Source: an uncultured Phycisphaeraceae bacterium (GTDB lineage Bacteria > Planctomycetota > Phycisphaerae > Phycisphaerales > UBA1924). Taken from it: a stretch of 64,000 nucleotides of DNA. The position numbers were made by a program, and so were the translations under genes. Under the pieces are notes generated by a model. The model was not told the DNA's origin, made no database searches, and saw only the letters and a list, made by a program, of their open reading frames with translations. The stretch covers positions 17,270-81,269 of the forward strand of contig CAYLXF010000007.1 of NCBI GenBank assembly GCA_964387925.1, given 5' to 3'. Positions 26,647 to 35,102 of the stretch are shown in pieces (positions within the stretch are counted from its first letter, which is position 1; each line of letters begins with the position of its first letter).

Positions 26647-28299
26647 ATGGAACACACCGCCGACGATCTACAACGACCCGCCGGGCATTCCGTGCGTGAC
26701 TACTGGACCAGGGGCACGATCTCATCGCTGTGCGCGGCGCTGAGCGAGCTGGGCCAGGCGCCCATCGAGCTGCGCGACGAGCGGGGCCTGGTGCTCGACG
26801 CCTCGTCCTACCACCGGGACCACGGCATCGAGCGCCCGGTCCCCCCCGGCGCTACCGTGTTCCCCATCACCCTGGGCGACGACATCATCGGCTCGGTCGT
26901 CGTCCACCCCCATCCCGCCCAGGGGGCCAAGCCGCGCGAGCTGATCGAACGCATCGGCGAGCTCATCGCCCTGACCACCGCCGAGATGTGCACCGATGTC
27001 GCCCAGCTCCGCTACCGGGTCGACGAGGTCGCCGTGCTCTACCGGCTCAGCTCCCTGCTGGTCCGCGGGGGCAGCGTCAGCGACACCCTGCGCCTCTCGC
27101 TCGAGCTGGCCCTCGATGTGCTCCACCTCGACGCCGGCGCGATCATGCTCCTCCCCGAGGACTCCGAGGCCCTGCCCCGCGTGGACCTCGAGAACGAGCT
27201 GGAGCGATCGGCGGCCGTCGCCCTGAGCGAGGACTGGCTCTCCAACCCCGTCCCGCTCTCGATCGACCGCGAGTTCGACCGCCTGAGCCTCTCGGGCAAG
27301 GTGGTCACCAGCGAGGACCTCTCCCAGGACCCGCGCGTGCTGGTCCCCGACCAGTGCCGCCACGAGAACCTCGTCGCGTTCCTCGGGACCGGGATGGTCT
27401 TCGATGGCCATCCCATCGGGGTCATCCGGCTGTACGCGCGCGCCCGCAGGATCTTCTCCTCGGCCGAGCGCAAGCTCATCAAGTCGATCGGCGAGTCCGC
27501 CGCCGCCGCCGTCGAGCAGGCGCGCCTCATCCGGATGCAGGCCCAGCAGCGGCGCGTCCAGCGCGCCCTGCGCATCGCCGGGGAGGTGCAGAAGCGCATG
27601 CTCCCCGAGGTCGTCCCCAGCTACGAGCACATCGACCTGGCCGCCCGCTATCACCCCAGCCAGGAGATCGGCGGCGACTTCTACGACCTCTTCGAGGCCC
27701 ACGGTCGGCTGGGCATCCTCGTGGGCGATGTCGTGGGCAAGGGCGTGGTCGCCGGGATGATCATGAGCGCCGTGCGGGCCACGCTGCGGGCCTACACCGA
27801 GATGACCGACGAGCTCGACCGGATCCTGGCCCGCACCAACGACGCCGTCTGCCGAGACACCACCATCGCCGAGTTCGTCACCATCTGGTACGGGATGATC
27901 GACCCCGACTCGCTGATCCTGCGCTACGCCGTGGCCGGGCACGACCAGCCCCTGCTCCTGCGCCGCGCGCCCGACGGGCGCTACGCGCTGCACCAGCTGG
28001 GCGGCAGCGGGATGGTCGTCGGCGTCCTGCCCGGCGAACGCTACGCCATGGACGAGCTGCAGCTGCGCGAGGGCGACCTGCTGGTCGCCTACACCGACGG
28101 CATCACCGACGCCGCCAACTTCGACATGCAGCGCTTCGGCAAGCGCCGCCTCACCGACTCGCTCCTCGAGTTCCTCGCCGAGCAGCCCGGCGCCGGCGCC
28201 AGCCAGGTGCTCGAGCGCGTCTTCTGGTCCATGCGACAGTTCTCCGGCCTGGCGCGCCAGGCCGACGACGAGACGCTCGTGGTCGTCAAGATCCTCTGA
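26647..28299 (+). CDS. GAF-domain PP2C (SpoIIE/RsbU-type) serine phosphatase
   Basis: PP2C/SpoIIE signature: AARYHPSQEIGGDFYDLF…LGILVGDVVGKGVVAGMIMS…YAVAGHDQPLL…LVAYTDGITDA. It is preceded by two GAF-like segments. Confidence 0.9.
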   Translation: MEHTADDLQRPAGHSVRDYWTRGTISSLCAALSELGQAPIELRDERGLVLDASSYHRDHGIERPVPPGATVFPITLGDDIIGSVVVHPHPAQGAKPRELIERIGELIALTTAEMCTDVAQLRYRVDEVAVLYRLSSLLVRGGSVSDTLRLSLELALDVLHLDAGAIMLLPEDSEALPRVDLENELERSAAVALSEDWLSNPVPLSIDREFDRLSLSGKVVTSEDLSQDPRVLVPDQCRHENLVAFLGTGMVFDGHPIGVIRLYARARRIFSSAERKLIKSIGESAAAAVEQARLIRMQAQQRRVQRALRIAGEVQKRMLPEVVPSYEHIDLAARYHPSQEIGGDFYDLFEAHGRLGILVGDVVGKGVVAGMIMSAVRATLRAYTEMTDELDRILARTNDAVCRDTTIAEFVTIWYGMIDPDSLILRYAVAGHDQPLLLRRAPDGRYALHQLGGSGMVVGVLPGERYAMDELQLREGDLLVAYTDGITDAANFDMQRFGKRRLTDSLLEFLAEQPGAGASQVLERVFWSMRQFSGLARQADDETLVVVKIL

Positions 28300-28323
28300 C
28301 CCGCCCGGGCCTCGCATGAATAA

Positions 28324-28352
28324 GAGCGCCCCGCATTTGTTGCGGGGCGCTC
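28324..28352. terminator. bidirectional hairpin terminator between convergent genes
   Basis: Perfect 12-bp stem GAGCGCCCCGCA-tttgt-TGCGGGGCGCTC between the PP2C stop (28299) and the stop of the minus-strand small gene (28378). There is no long T-run on either side. Confidence 0.6.
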
Positions 28353-28377
28353 TCGTGGGTGTCGTGCTGGCCGGGTG

Positions 28378-28644
28378 TCACGCGGCCCAGGGGCCGTCGT
28401 CGTCCTCGTCGCTCCGCCAGTCGCTCAGGCGGAAGGGCTGGGCGTACTCATCGACATGGCGCGAGAGCTCATCGAGGTTCCGCTCCGCCCGCTCCAGGGC
28501 CGCGTTGGCCTGGGCGATCGGGTCCGTATCGTGCTCCTGCCCGGTGCGGCTGGACATGCGCCAGGAGCGGTCGGGCGAGCGGAAGGGGATGGGGGCGGGG
28601 GCCTCGGGCTCGGGCTCGTCGCGGTGAAGTTTCAGGTAGACCAA
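28378..28644 (-). CDS. small acidic hypothetical protein (88 aa)
   Basis: TTG start preceded by GAGGAGG 6 nt upstream; high GC3. Helical segment DPIAQANAALERAERNLDELSRHVDEYAQPF and an acidic tail. No family recognised. Confidence 0.5.
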   Translation of the reverse strand: MVYLKLHRDEPEPEAPAPIPFRSPDRSWRMSSRTGQEHDTDPIAQANAALERAERNLDELSRHVDEYAQPFRLSDWRSDEDDDGPWAA

Positions 28645-28864
28645 GGGAGACCTCCTCGCGCGTGGCGACGCACGGACGAATGTGGTTTACATATCGTCGC
28701 ATGGTTCCCCCGACTCCAGCCCTAGCCCCGGTTGGAGCGCCGAATCTGCGGGCTGAACGCTCTGGAACGCATCATCCCGCGAATATCGGCCCGAAATCCG
28801 AGCGCGGACCACACTTTGCCCGTGGGCCGCGCCTAGCGATGCTCCCGCGCCGATGCTGAGGGCA

Positions 28865-29614
28865 TCACCCCTCCCCCGCCGAGGTCGGGCGCGCCTCGCC
28901 CTTCCTGGGCTCCTGGCCCCGGCTGATGCGCCCCATGTTCTCGCGATGCTTGTAGATCACCAGCAGCGCCAGCGCGATCGACACCACGAAGAACGGGATG
29001 CCGTAGTTGGGGATGTCGCTCTTGAGCAGCTCGATCTGCTCGGCCGGCAGCCGCTCCCAGTCGGTGTGCGTGCTCATCCGGCGCTCCATGAAGGTGCGGT
29101 ACTGTCCGAACACCAGCCACACCCACAGCGGGAGCGTCGCCGCCGCCGCGCACGAGGCCAGACTCACATAGCGCCAGAGCATCAGCGTCATCACATACAC
29201 CAGCAGCGCTCCGACCGCTGGCAGCGCCATGGCCGGAAAGACCCCGATCAGCGCCCCCAGCCCCGTCGCCACGCCCTTGCCGCCCCTGAACCCCAGCCAG
29301 GGCGTGAACATGTGCCCCAGCACCGCCGCCACCATCACCGCCATCCACCACCACGCGTCGGCGCTCTCGACGCGCAGCGTCCCCAGCACGCCCATGACCC
29401 CCCCGGCCAGCAGCGTGGGCGTCATCCCCTTGGTCATGTCCAGGAAGAAGCACGCGAAGAAGAAGCGCCGCCCCAGCACACGCCCCAGGTTGGTGGCCCC
29501 GATGTTGCCCGACCCGTGCTCGCGGATATCCACGCCGTTGATCCTGCCGATGAGAAACCCGAAGGGGACCGAGCCCATCAGAAACGCGATCGGGATGAAG
29601 TGCCACCACCGCAT
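28865..29614 (-). CDS. plsY: glycerol-3-phosphate acyltransferase PlsY
   Basis: FLMGSVPFGFLIGRINGVDIREHGSGNIGATNLGRVLG and GGKGVATGLGALIG motifs. Inner ATG (MRWWHF) preferred. An extra segment precedes the last TM. Confidence 0.9.
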   Translation of the reverse strand: MRWWHFIPIAFLMGSVPFGFLIGRINGVDIREHGSGNIGATNLGRVLGRRFFFACFFLDMTKGMTPTLLAGGVMGVLGTLRVESADAWWWMAVMVAAVLGHMFTPWLGFRGGKGVATGLGALIGVFPAMALPAVGALLVYVMTLMLWRYVSLASCAAAATLPLWVWLVFGQYRTFMERRMSTHTDWERLPAEQIELLKSDIPNYGIPFFVVSIALALLVIYKHRENMGRISRGQEPRKGEARPTSAGEG

Positions 29615-29865
29615 GAAGCACTCAGCATAGGGGCGCAAGAGGTGAATGATGGGGGCTCCGGCAAACGAGGATCAGCGCCAACCCGCATCGGAAGACCGGA
29701 GCGGGCCACCCCTCTTCTCTCCTCCCCCGCGCCTGCGCGGGAGGTGCCGAGTCCCCGAGGCGGAGGGGGTCTTGTTGAGCGTGCGTTGCGCGGATCATCG
29801 GATTTTTCGCAAGACCCCTCCGTCACGCCGAAGATCCACCTCCCCGCGGGGGCGGTGAGGGCGGC

Positions 29866-30570
29866 TCAGCCCACGAACCGCTCGCGAAGGGCCGAGATGA
29901 TGTTGGCGAAGACCTCGCCCTCGCCGCCGCGCGCGTCGATCCCCAGATAGCGCCGCGAGTCGCGGTCCGATTCGATCAGCGAGAGATAGCCACTCCTGAC
30001 CCTGGCGTGAAAGGCCGCGCCCTTGGCCTCCATGCGATCGAGCAGCGGGTTCAGGCGCGTCGCGGCCGTCTCCTGATCGACATCGAAGATCAGCGTCGCG
30101 TCGGGGACCACGCCCCGCATCGCGATCCACGCGACCGACTCGATCTCCCCGAAGGGGATGCCCCCGGCGGCGCCCTGGTAGGCGTAGGTCGAGGCGACAA
30201 ACCGGTCGGCGACCACCAGCTCGCCCCGCTTGAGCGCCGGGGCGATCACCTGCTCGCACAGCTGGGCACGCGAGGCCATGTACAGCAGCATCTCGCAGCG
30301 CACGCTCATCTCCTCGCGGTCGAGATGCTCGAGCAGCGCGCCGCGGATCTTCTCGCCGATCTCCGTGCCCCCGGGCTCGCGCACCTCGGTGACGCGGACC
30401 CCCGCGCGGCGCGTGGCGGCCAGGAACAGCTTGAGCTGCGTGCTCTTGCCCGATCCGTCGGGCCCGTCGAACACCAGAAAGCGCCCGCGCAGCGCCCCCG
30501 CGAGGTCCGCGGGCAGGTCGCGTTCGGGGGCGTGGGCGTCGTCGGGTTTGGAGCGGTGCGGGTGCGTCAT
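29866..30570 (-). CDS. tmk: thymidylate kinase
   Basis: C-terminal 234 aa of track ORF 29866-31734, starting at MTHPHRSKPD. P-loop FLVFDGPDGSGKSTQ, VREPGGTEIGEKIR, and DRF(V)ASTYAYQG. The rest of that ORF is a shadow frame inside the vWA gene. Confidence 0.9.
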   Translation of the reverse strand: MTHPHRSKPDDAHAPERDLPADLAGALRGRFLVFDGPDGSGKSTQLKLFLAATRRAGVRVTEVREPGGTEIGEKIRGALLEHLDREEMSVRCEMLLYMASRAQLCEQVIAPALKRGELVVADRFVASTYAYQGAAGGIPFGEIESVAWIAMRGVVPDATLIFDVDQETAATRLNPLLDRMEAKGAAFHARVRSGYLSLIESDRDSRRYLGIDARGGEGEVFANIISALRERFVG

Positions 30571-30578
30571 CCGGGTGT

Positions 30579-33278
30579 TCACGGGCTTGAGTGTAGCGAC
30601 TTCTCCGCGCCCGAGATGCGCCCGCTCCACGGCGGGCCGCCCAGCCCGGGGTCGATCAGGCGCAGGCGGGCGATGTGGCGCAGCGCCTCGGCCCGGTCCT
30701 CCGCCGAGCCGCGGGCGACGATCGTCTCGAGCATCAGCGACCACGCCTGCCAGTAGGTGCTCGTGCGCTCGCCTGTGGCGTCGATGCGCCCGCTCAGATC
30801 GCGCAGCGCGTCGAAGGCGGTGCGCGTCTGCCCCAGGCGCAGCAGCGTCTGGGCCCGCATCAGCTCCAGCTCGGCGGTGGGGGAGTGGTCCCGCTTGGCA
30901 TCGCTGATGAGCTGGTCGATCGAGGCCAGCGCCGCCTGGGGATCGAGCTCGGCCTCGCTCAGCGCCGCCCGCTTGGTCCACAACGCGGCGCTGGACATCG
31001 CGTACCGCTCGGCCGCCTCGCGCATCCGCACGCCCAGCCCGCGCCGGGTCCGGGGGTCGTCGTAGCGATCGAGCATCCCCAGCACCGTCTGCTCGTAGAG
31101 CTCGCCGGCCAGCACGCCCTCTCGGGTGCCGGGGTCGATTGGGTCGAGCACATCGAGGCGATCGAACCCGTCGAGCAGATGCGCCAGCTCCAGACGCCAG
31201 AGATCGATCTGCGGCGCGTCGGGGTAGCGCTCCACAGCCAGGCGCAGGCGCTCGCGCCGGACGCCCTCGTCCTCGCCCTCGTCGGCCCCGATGGCGCTGG
31301 CGATCGCCTCGCGCGCCCGCGGGTGGTCGGGGTAACGCTGGGCAAGCTCGGTGAGCGCCGCGTTGGACCGCGCGATCGACCCGTCGTCGCCGATCGCCCG
31401 CCCAAGCACGCCCAGACGCCACAGCGCCTCGGCCGCCCGCGTCGGATCGTCGCTCCGCGCCGCGACCGTCTCCAGCACGCCCAACGCCCGATCGCGCGTC
31501 TGGCGATGACGCGACATCGCGTCCGCCGCCGCCAGCAGCACCGGCGAGGGAACCGCCGCCTCGTCGGGCCCGGGGTGGGCCGCGTACAGCAGGGCGATGC
31601 GCCCGTCGATGTAGGCGCTGATGGCGGCGTCGGCGCTGGCCGCCTCGCGGATGCCCAGCACGGGCGACCACGCGTCGTCGTCCCCCGCCGCCAGACGCTT
31701 GCGGGTCGTCGCCTCGCGCAGCAGCAGCCCCCACACCGCGTCGATCGACCCGCCCGGCGTCACGAACGGCGCCCGGGCGGCGCGCCGGCGCAGATCCTGC
31801 GGCTCCTCGCCCATCGACACCAGCGCCAGCAGCGCCTGCGCCCGCGTCGAGTCGCTCAGCCCCAGGTCCTCGTCCAGCGTCAGCAGGGAACGCACCCTTT
31901 CGCGCGCCCCCTCGCCCTGCCCCGTCAGCGCCATCGTCTGGGCCACGGCCAGGATGCGCTGCGCATCGGTGTCGGGATCGGTGTACATCACGCCCCCCAG
32001 CGACTCGACGATCGCCGCGAGCCGCTCGTCGCCGACCGACCCGGGATCGGCGCAGCGCAGCAGCAGCGTGGCCTGCGCGTCGAGCAGCGCCGCCCGCCCG
32101 TCGGCGGCGCCCAGCCCCGAGACCAGCGAACGAACCCGGCGCGCGGTCTGGGCCGCCTGCTCGCGCTGCGACCCGTCGCCCACGCTGTAGAGCACGCTCA
32201 GGCTCGTGCCCGACGCGGCCAGCGAGCCCATGAGCTCGGCGGCCGCGCCGATCCGCTGCTCGTCGCTGGCCCCGATCGAGCGGACGGCCAGATCCTCATC
32301 GCTCCGCTCGGGGCGGGCCAGCTCGTCGTAGGACACCACGCGATAGTCGTCGTGCCCGTCGCCGTGGATCGTCCCGATGGCGCGCATGATCCCCGTGGGG
32401 TCCTCGTCGAGCAGCTGGATGGTCTTGATCACCGAGGGGCGCTTGCCCGTGACGGGGTCGGCGGGGTTGAGCCCGTCGAGGCGGGCCAGGATCTCCCGCT
32501 GGCCCTGCGCCCAGCCCATCTCGGTGCGCTGGATCGAGCGGGTGACCAGCAGCACCAGGTCCGGACGCAGCGCCAGCGCCACCCCCAGCCCGTCGACGGG
32601 GTTGGATCGCCCGCGCGCCCCGACCGTCGCAAGCCACGACTCGACGCCCCGCTTGTGCTCGGGGGTGGCCCGCGCCAGTCGCCCGCCGTTGATCGGCGCC
32701 AGCTCGACCCCGCCCCCGTCGAACGACCGGAACAGCACGACCTGGAAACGCTGCGTGGGGCTGAGCCGATCGATCGAACGCATGAGCTGGGTCTGGAGAT
32801 AGGCGAAGCTGTTGGCGGTGGCGCCCGAGCCGTCGACGACATACACGATCGTGCGCGCCGCGCGAGAGCGGACCCCGGCGAAGCTGACGGATGGGGGGGC
32901 CGCGCTCTCGGGACGCGCCGCCCGGGCCGACGCCCGGCGCATCGCCTCGAGCGTCACCGGGTCCATCGCCGGGCTGGCCGCGGGAGACCGATCCAGGCGC
33001 TCGGCCTGGGCCGCCACCGCGTCGGGCGCCGGAGCGCTTGCCGCGGGCAGCGCCCGCGCCGGCCGGCTCTGGGGGCGGTCGCGGTCCGCGTCCTGGCGCT
33101 CGTTCTCTGGCACATTGGGCGGGGCGGGCAGCGCCAGCTCGGCCACCGGCAGGCGCTCTCCTGGCGCCTTGGCGGCGCTGATCCGCATCCCGATGTAGGC
33201 GACCGCGCCGATCAGCGCCGCGTGCACCAGCAGCGAGATCCCTGGCGGCACCGTCCATCTGAGCCAGTCGCTTCGCAT
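30579..33278 (-). CDS. membrane-anchored von Willebrand factor A domain protein with long helical-repeat (TPR-like) C-terminal region
   Basis: N-terminal TM (GISLLVHAALIGAVAYIGM). vWA/MIDAS-like block: TIVYVVDGSGATANSFAYLQTQLMRSIDRLSPTQRFQVVLF…RSNPVDGLGVALALRPDLVLLVT. About 550 aa of Ala/Leu/Arg-rich helical repeats follow. The stop is 8 nt before the tmk start. Confidence 0.8.
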   Translation of the reverse strand: MRSDWLRWTVPPGISLLVHAALIGAVAYIGMRISAAKAPGERLPVAELALPAPPNVPENERQDADRDRPQSRPARALPAASAPAPDAVAAQAERLDRSPAASPAMDPVTLEAMRRASARAARPESAAPPSVSFAGVRSRAARTIVYVVDGSGATANSFAYLQTQLMRSIDRLSPTQRFQVVLFRSFDGGGVELAPINGGRLARATPEHKRGVESWLATVGARGRSNPVDGLGVALALRPDLVLLVTRSIQRTEMGWAQGQREILARLDGLNPADPVTGKRPSVIKTIQLLDEDPTGIMRAIGTIHGDGHDDYRVVSYDELARPERSDEDLAVRSIGASDEQRIGAAAELMGSLAASGTSLSVLYSVGDGSQREQAAQTARRVRSLVSGLGAADGRAALLDAQATLLLRCADPGSVGDERLAAIVESLGGVMYTDPDTDAQRILAVAQTMALTGQGEGARERVRSLLTLDEDLGLSDSTRAQALLALVSMGEEPQDLRRRAARAPFVTPGGSIDAVWGLLLREATTRKRLAAGDDDAWSPVLGIREAASADAAISAYIDGRIALLYAAHPGPDEAAVPSPVLLAAADAMSRHRQTRDRALGVLETVAARSDDPTRAAEALWRLGVLGRAIGDDGSIARSNAALTELAQRYPDHPRAREAIASAIGADEGEDEGVRRERLRLAVERYPDAPQIDLWRLELAHLLDGFDRLDVLDPIDPGTREGVLAGELYEQTVLGMLDRYDDPRTRRGLGVRMREAAERYAMSSAALWTKRAALSEAELDPQAALASIDQLISDAKRDHSPTAELELMRAQTLLRLGQTRTAFDALRDLSGRIDATGERTSTYWQAWSLMLETIVARGSAEDRAEALRHIARLRLIDPGLGGPPWSGRISGAEKSLHSSP

Positions 33279-33332
33279 CGGTGGATGGTAGTGGCGCCGG
33301 GCGGGCGCGGCGGACCCCGCCCAGGACGGGGC

Positions 33333-34457
33333 TCAGGGCGTGGGATTGGGCGAGCGGTCAAACTCGCTGCGAGAACCCCCGGAAGCGGCGGGTCCGCCCC
33401 TGCCCGTGCGAGGCGATCCCTTGGGGTCGCCGTGGACATAGGGGTCGCGGGGCGAGGAGTTGAACAGCAGCCGGTCGAGCCCGATGGCCCCCGAGCCGAG
33501 GAACACCACCGACAGCGCCATCGCCGCCAGCGCCAGCTGCCACATCAGCGTCGAGTACGAATCCGGCGCGTACCAGGGTTGGTTGTTGGGGATGAAGCCC
33601 AGGATGGCGTCGGCGTCGTGGATCGCCGCGGGCCCGAACTGGGTCATCCACATCGCCACGAGCATGACCACGAACAGGCCCGCGGCGCTGATGCGCGTCA
33701 GCAGCCCCAGCAGCAGCAGGATTCCCGCGCCCAGCTCGGTGATGGTCGCCCCCCACGCCAGCACGACGGGCCAGGGGTCGTTGCCCAGCCCCGTGGGGAT
33801 GACCGGGGTGATGGGGCGCGAGTCCGGCGTCAGCCCCGGGTCGGCGGCTTTGGAGATCATCAACGCGATGCCGTACAGCCCCTTGGTCGTCACGGGCTCG
33901 GGGAAATCGGACGAGGTATAGCGCTGCGGGTTGTACTGCACACGCATGAGCGACGCGCCATCCAAGCCCGAGGCCCGCCGCTTGAGATCCTGGACCTCCT
34001 CCTCGCCGGGCTGCGTGCTCGGGGTTGAGGGAAGCGAGTTGGGACCGGGCGCGGGCTGGGCCGGTTGGGCATCGCTTGTCCCGTCCGCCGTGTTCGTGGT
34101 CCCCTCGTCGGGACGGGGGCTCGCTGGCTCTTGGGCTGGCGGCTGGACGGTCGTCTGGTTTGGTGCTATGGGCGGGTTCCGGGTCTGACCCTGCTCGGGC
34201 GTGGGCGGCACATCGGCCCCCGGCAGCGACTCGAGCGGCTCGGTGGGGAGTTCCTGGGGACGGGCGCCCGGCGCCGGTGTGGGAGCGGGCGCGGGAGCCA
34301 GCGCCACGCCCAGGTTCGCCAGGCGCGCGGCGTCATCGCCCGAGACCTCCATCGTCCCCAGCAGCTTCCCGCACCCGGTCCAGATGAATGTGACCGCCAG
34401 CACCAGGCGGAGCAGGAACGAAGGCAATGTCAGTGCGATCGAATCGCGCAGGCGCAT
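33333..34457 (-). CDS. DoxX-family membrane protein with ~150-aa Pro/Thr/Gln-rich insertion
   Basis: LPSFLLRLVLAVTFIWTGCGKLLG (DoxX-type first helix) and later TM helices (ITELGAGILLLLGLLTRISAAGLFVVMLVAMW). Between them is a low-complexity segment, APAPAPTPAPGARPQELPTEP…PSTPSTQPGEEE. Confidence 0.7.
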   Translation of the reverse strand: MRLRDSIALTLPSFLLRLVLAVTFIWTGCGKLLGTMEVSGDDAARLANLGVALAPAPAPTPAPGARPQELPTEPLESLPGADVPPTPEQGQTRNPPIAPNQTTVQPPAQEPASPRPDEGTTNTADGTSDAQPAQPAPGPNSLPSTPSTQPGEEEVQDLKRRASGLDGASLMRVQYNPQRYTSSDFPEPVTTKGLYGIALMISKAADPGLTPDSRPITPVIPTGLGNDPWPVVLAWGATITELGAGILLLLGLLTRISAAGLFVVMLVAMWMTQFGPAAIHDADAILGFIPNNQPWYAPDSYSTLMWQLALAAMALSVVFLGSGAIGLDRLLFNSSPRDPYVHGDPKGSPRTGRGGPAASGGSRSEFDRSPNPTP

Positions 34458-34669
34458 GGTGTCTCCTCAGTCGGTGATCCGTAAACCCAGCCCTGTACAG
34501 TACATGATACAGTGTTCTTGGAGACCACGCATCTCCCTTTTCAGATCGGCCCGCGGCGGTAAACCGCGCCAATCATGCCGGCAAACAGGGCCCGGGGGGC
34601 GATCGGAGCAATCACCATCGCCCTTCGTGCATATCGTCCCCTGTCCGCATCCCCCGGGAGGCGGCGCCC

Positions 34670-34751
34670 GCGGATGTGGCGGAACTGGCAGACGCGCTGG
34701 ATTTAGGTTCCAGTGGGGCAACCCGTGCAGGTTCGATTCCTGTCATCCGCA
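34670..34751 (+). tRNA. tRNA-Leu (anticodon TAG)
   Basis: Folded by hand. Acceptor GCGGATG/CATCCGC with discriminator A; 3-bp D stem; anticodon stem CTGGA/TCCAG with loop TTTAGGT; 13-nt variable arm; T arm GCAGG-TTCGATT-CCTGT. No encoded CCA. Track ORF 34676-34921 is its translation artefact. Confidence 0.9.
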
Positions 34752-35039
34752 TTGTCACATGCATGACGAGATTTCATGTCGGGGCCGCCCCTGCTCAGTC
34801 TCGCCTTTATGCTCGCCCCCGTGCTCACCCTGGGCGAGCCACCCGCGCCGATCCCGCCCAATGGGCCGACGGACGCCCAGATCGAGCGCCCCGGCGCGCT
34901 CCATGGGTCCCTGGTGTTTGACGAGGGCACGGGGTCCGGCGCCGCGCCGCGATCGACGGCTGGCTCGCCCGCGGCGCAGGCGACGCCGGAGGTCACGCGC
35001 CTTCACCGGCCGCTTCGGATCGAACGGTCCCTGAAACAT

Positions 35040-35071
35040 AAAAAAACGCCCGGCGTGCACGCAGCCGGGCG
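35040..35071 (-). terminator. intrinsic terminator after the choice-of-anchor-B-like gene
   Basis: Minus strand reads CGCCCGGC-tgcgtgcac-GCCGGGCG followed by TTTTTTT, 32 nt after the stop. Confidence 0.75.
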
Positions 35072-35102
35072 GAACAGGGATCGAACTGTTCACGCCGTCT
35101 TA

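Noticed and set aside
30571-31734. Upstream 388 codons of track ORF 29866-31734 (would fuse to tmk)
   Set aside because: It is an out-of-frame overlap with the vWA-TPR gene and Arg/Gly/Ala-rich. Thymidylate kinase homology begins at MTHPH (30570), with the P-loop about 35 residues in.
30675-34028. Longest ORF in the track (1117 aa, plus strand)
   Set aside because: Arg/Gly/Pro/Ala/His-rich with no motif. It lies antisense to the vWA-TPR and DoxX genes, whose frames show clear domains and TM helices. This is a typical shadow ORF of a very GC-rich genome.
34676-34921. ORFs translated across the tRNA genes (34676-34921 over tRNA-Leu; 63563-63823 over tRNA-Ser)
   Set aside because: These sequences fold into canonical type-II tRNA cloverleaves, so the ORFs are artefacts.
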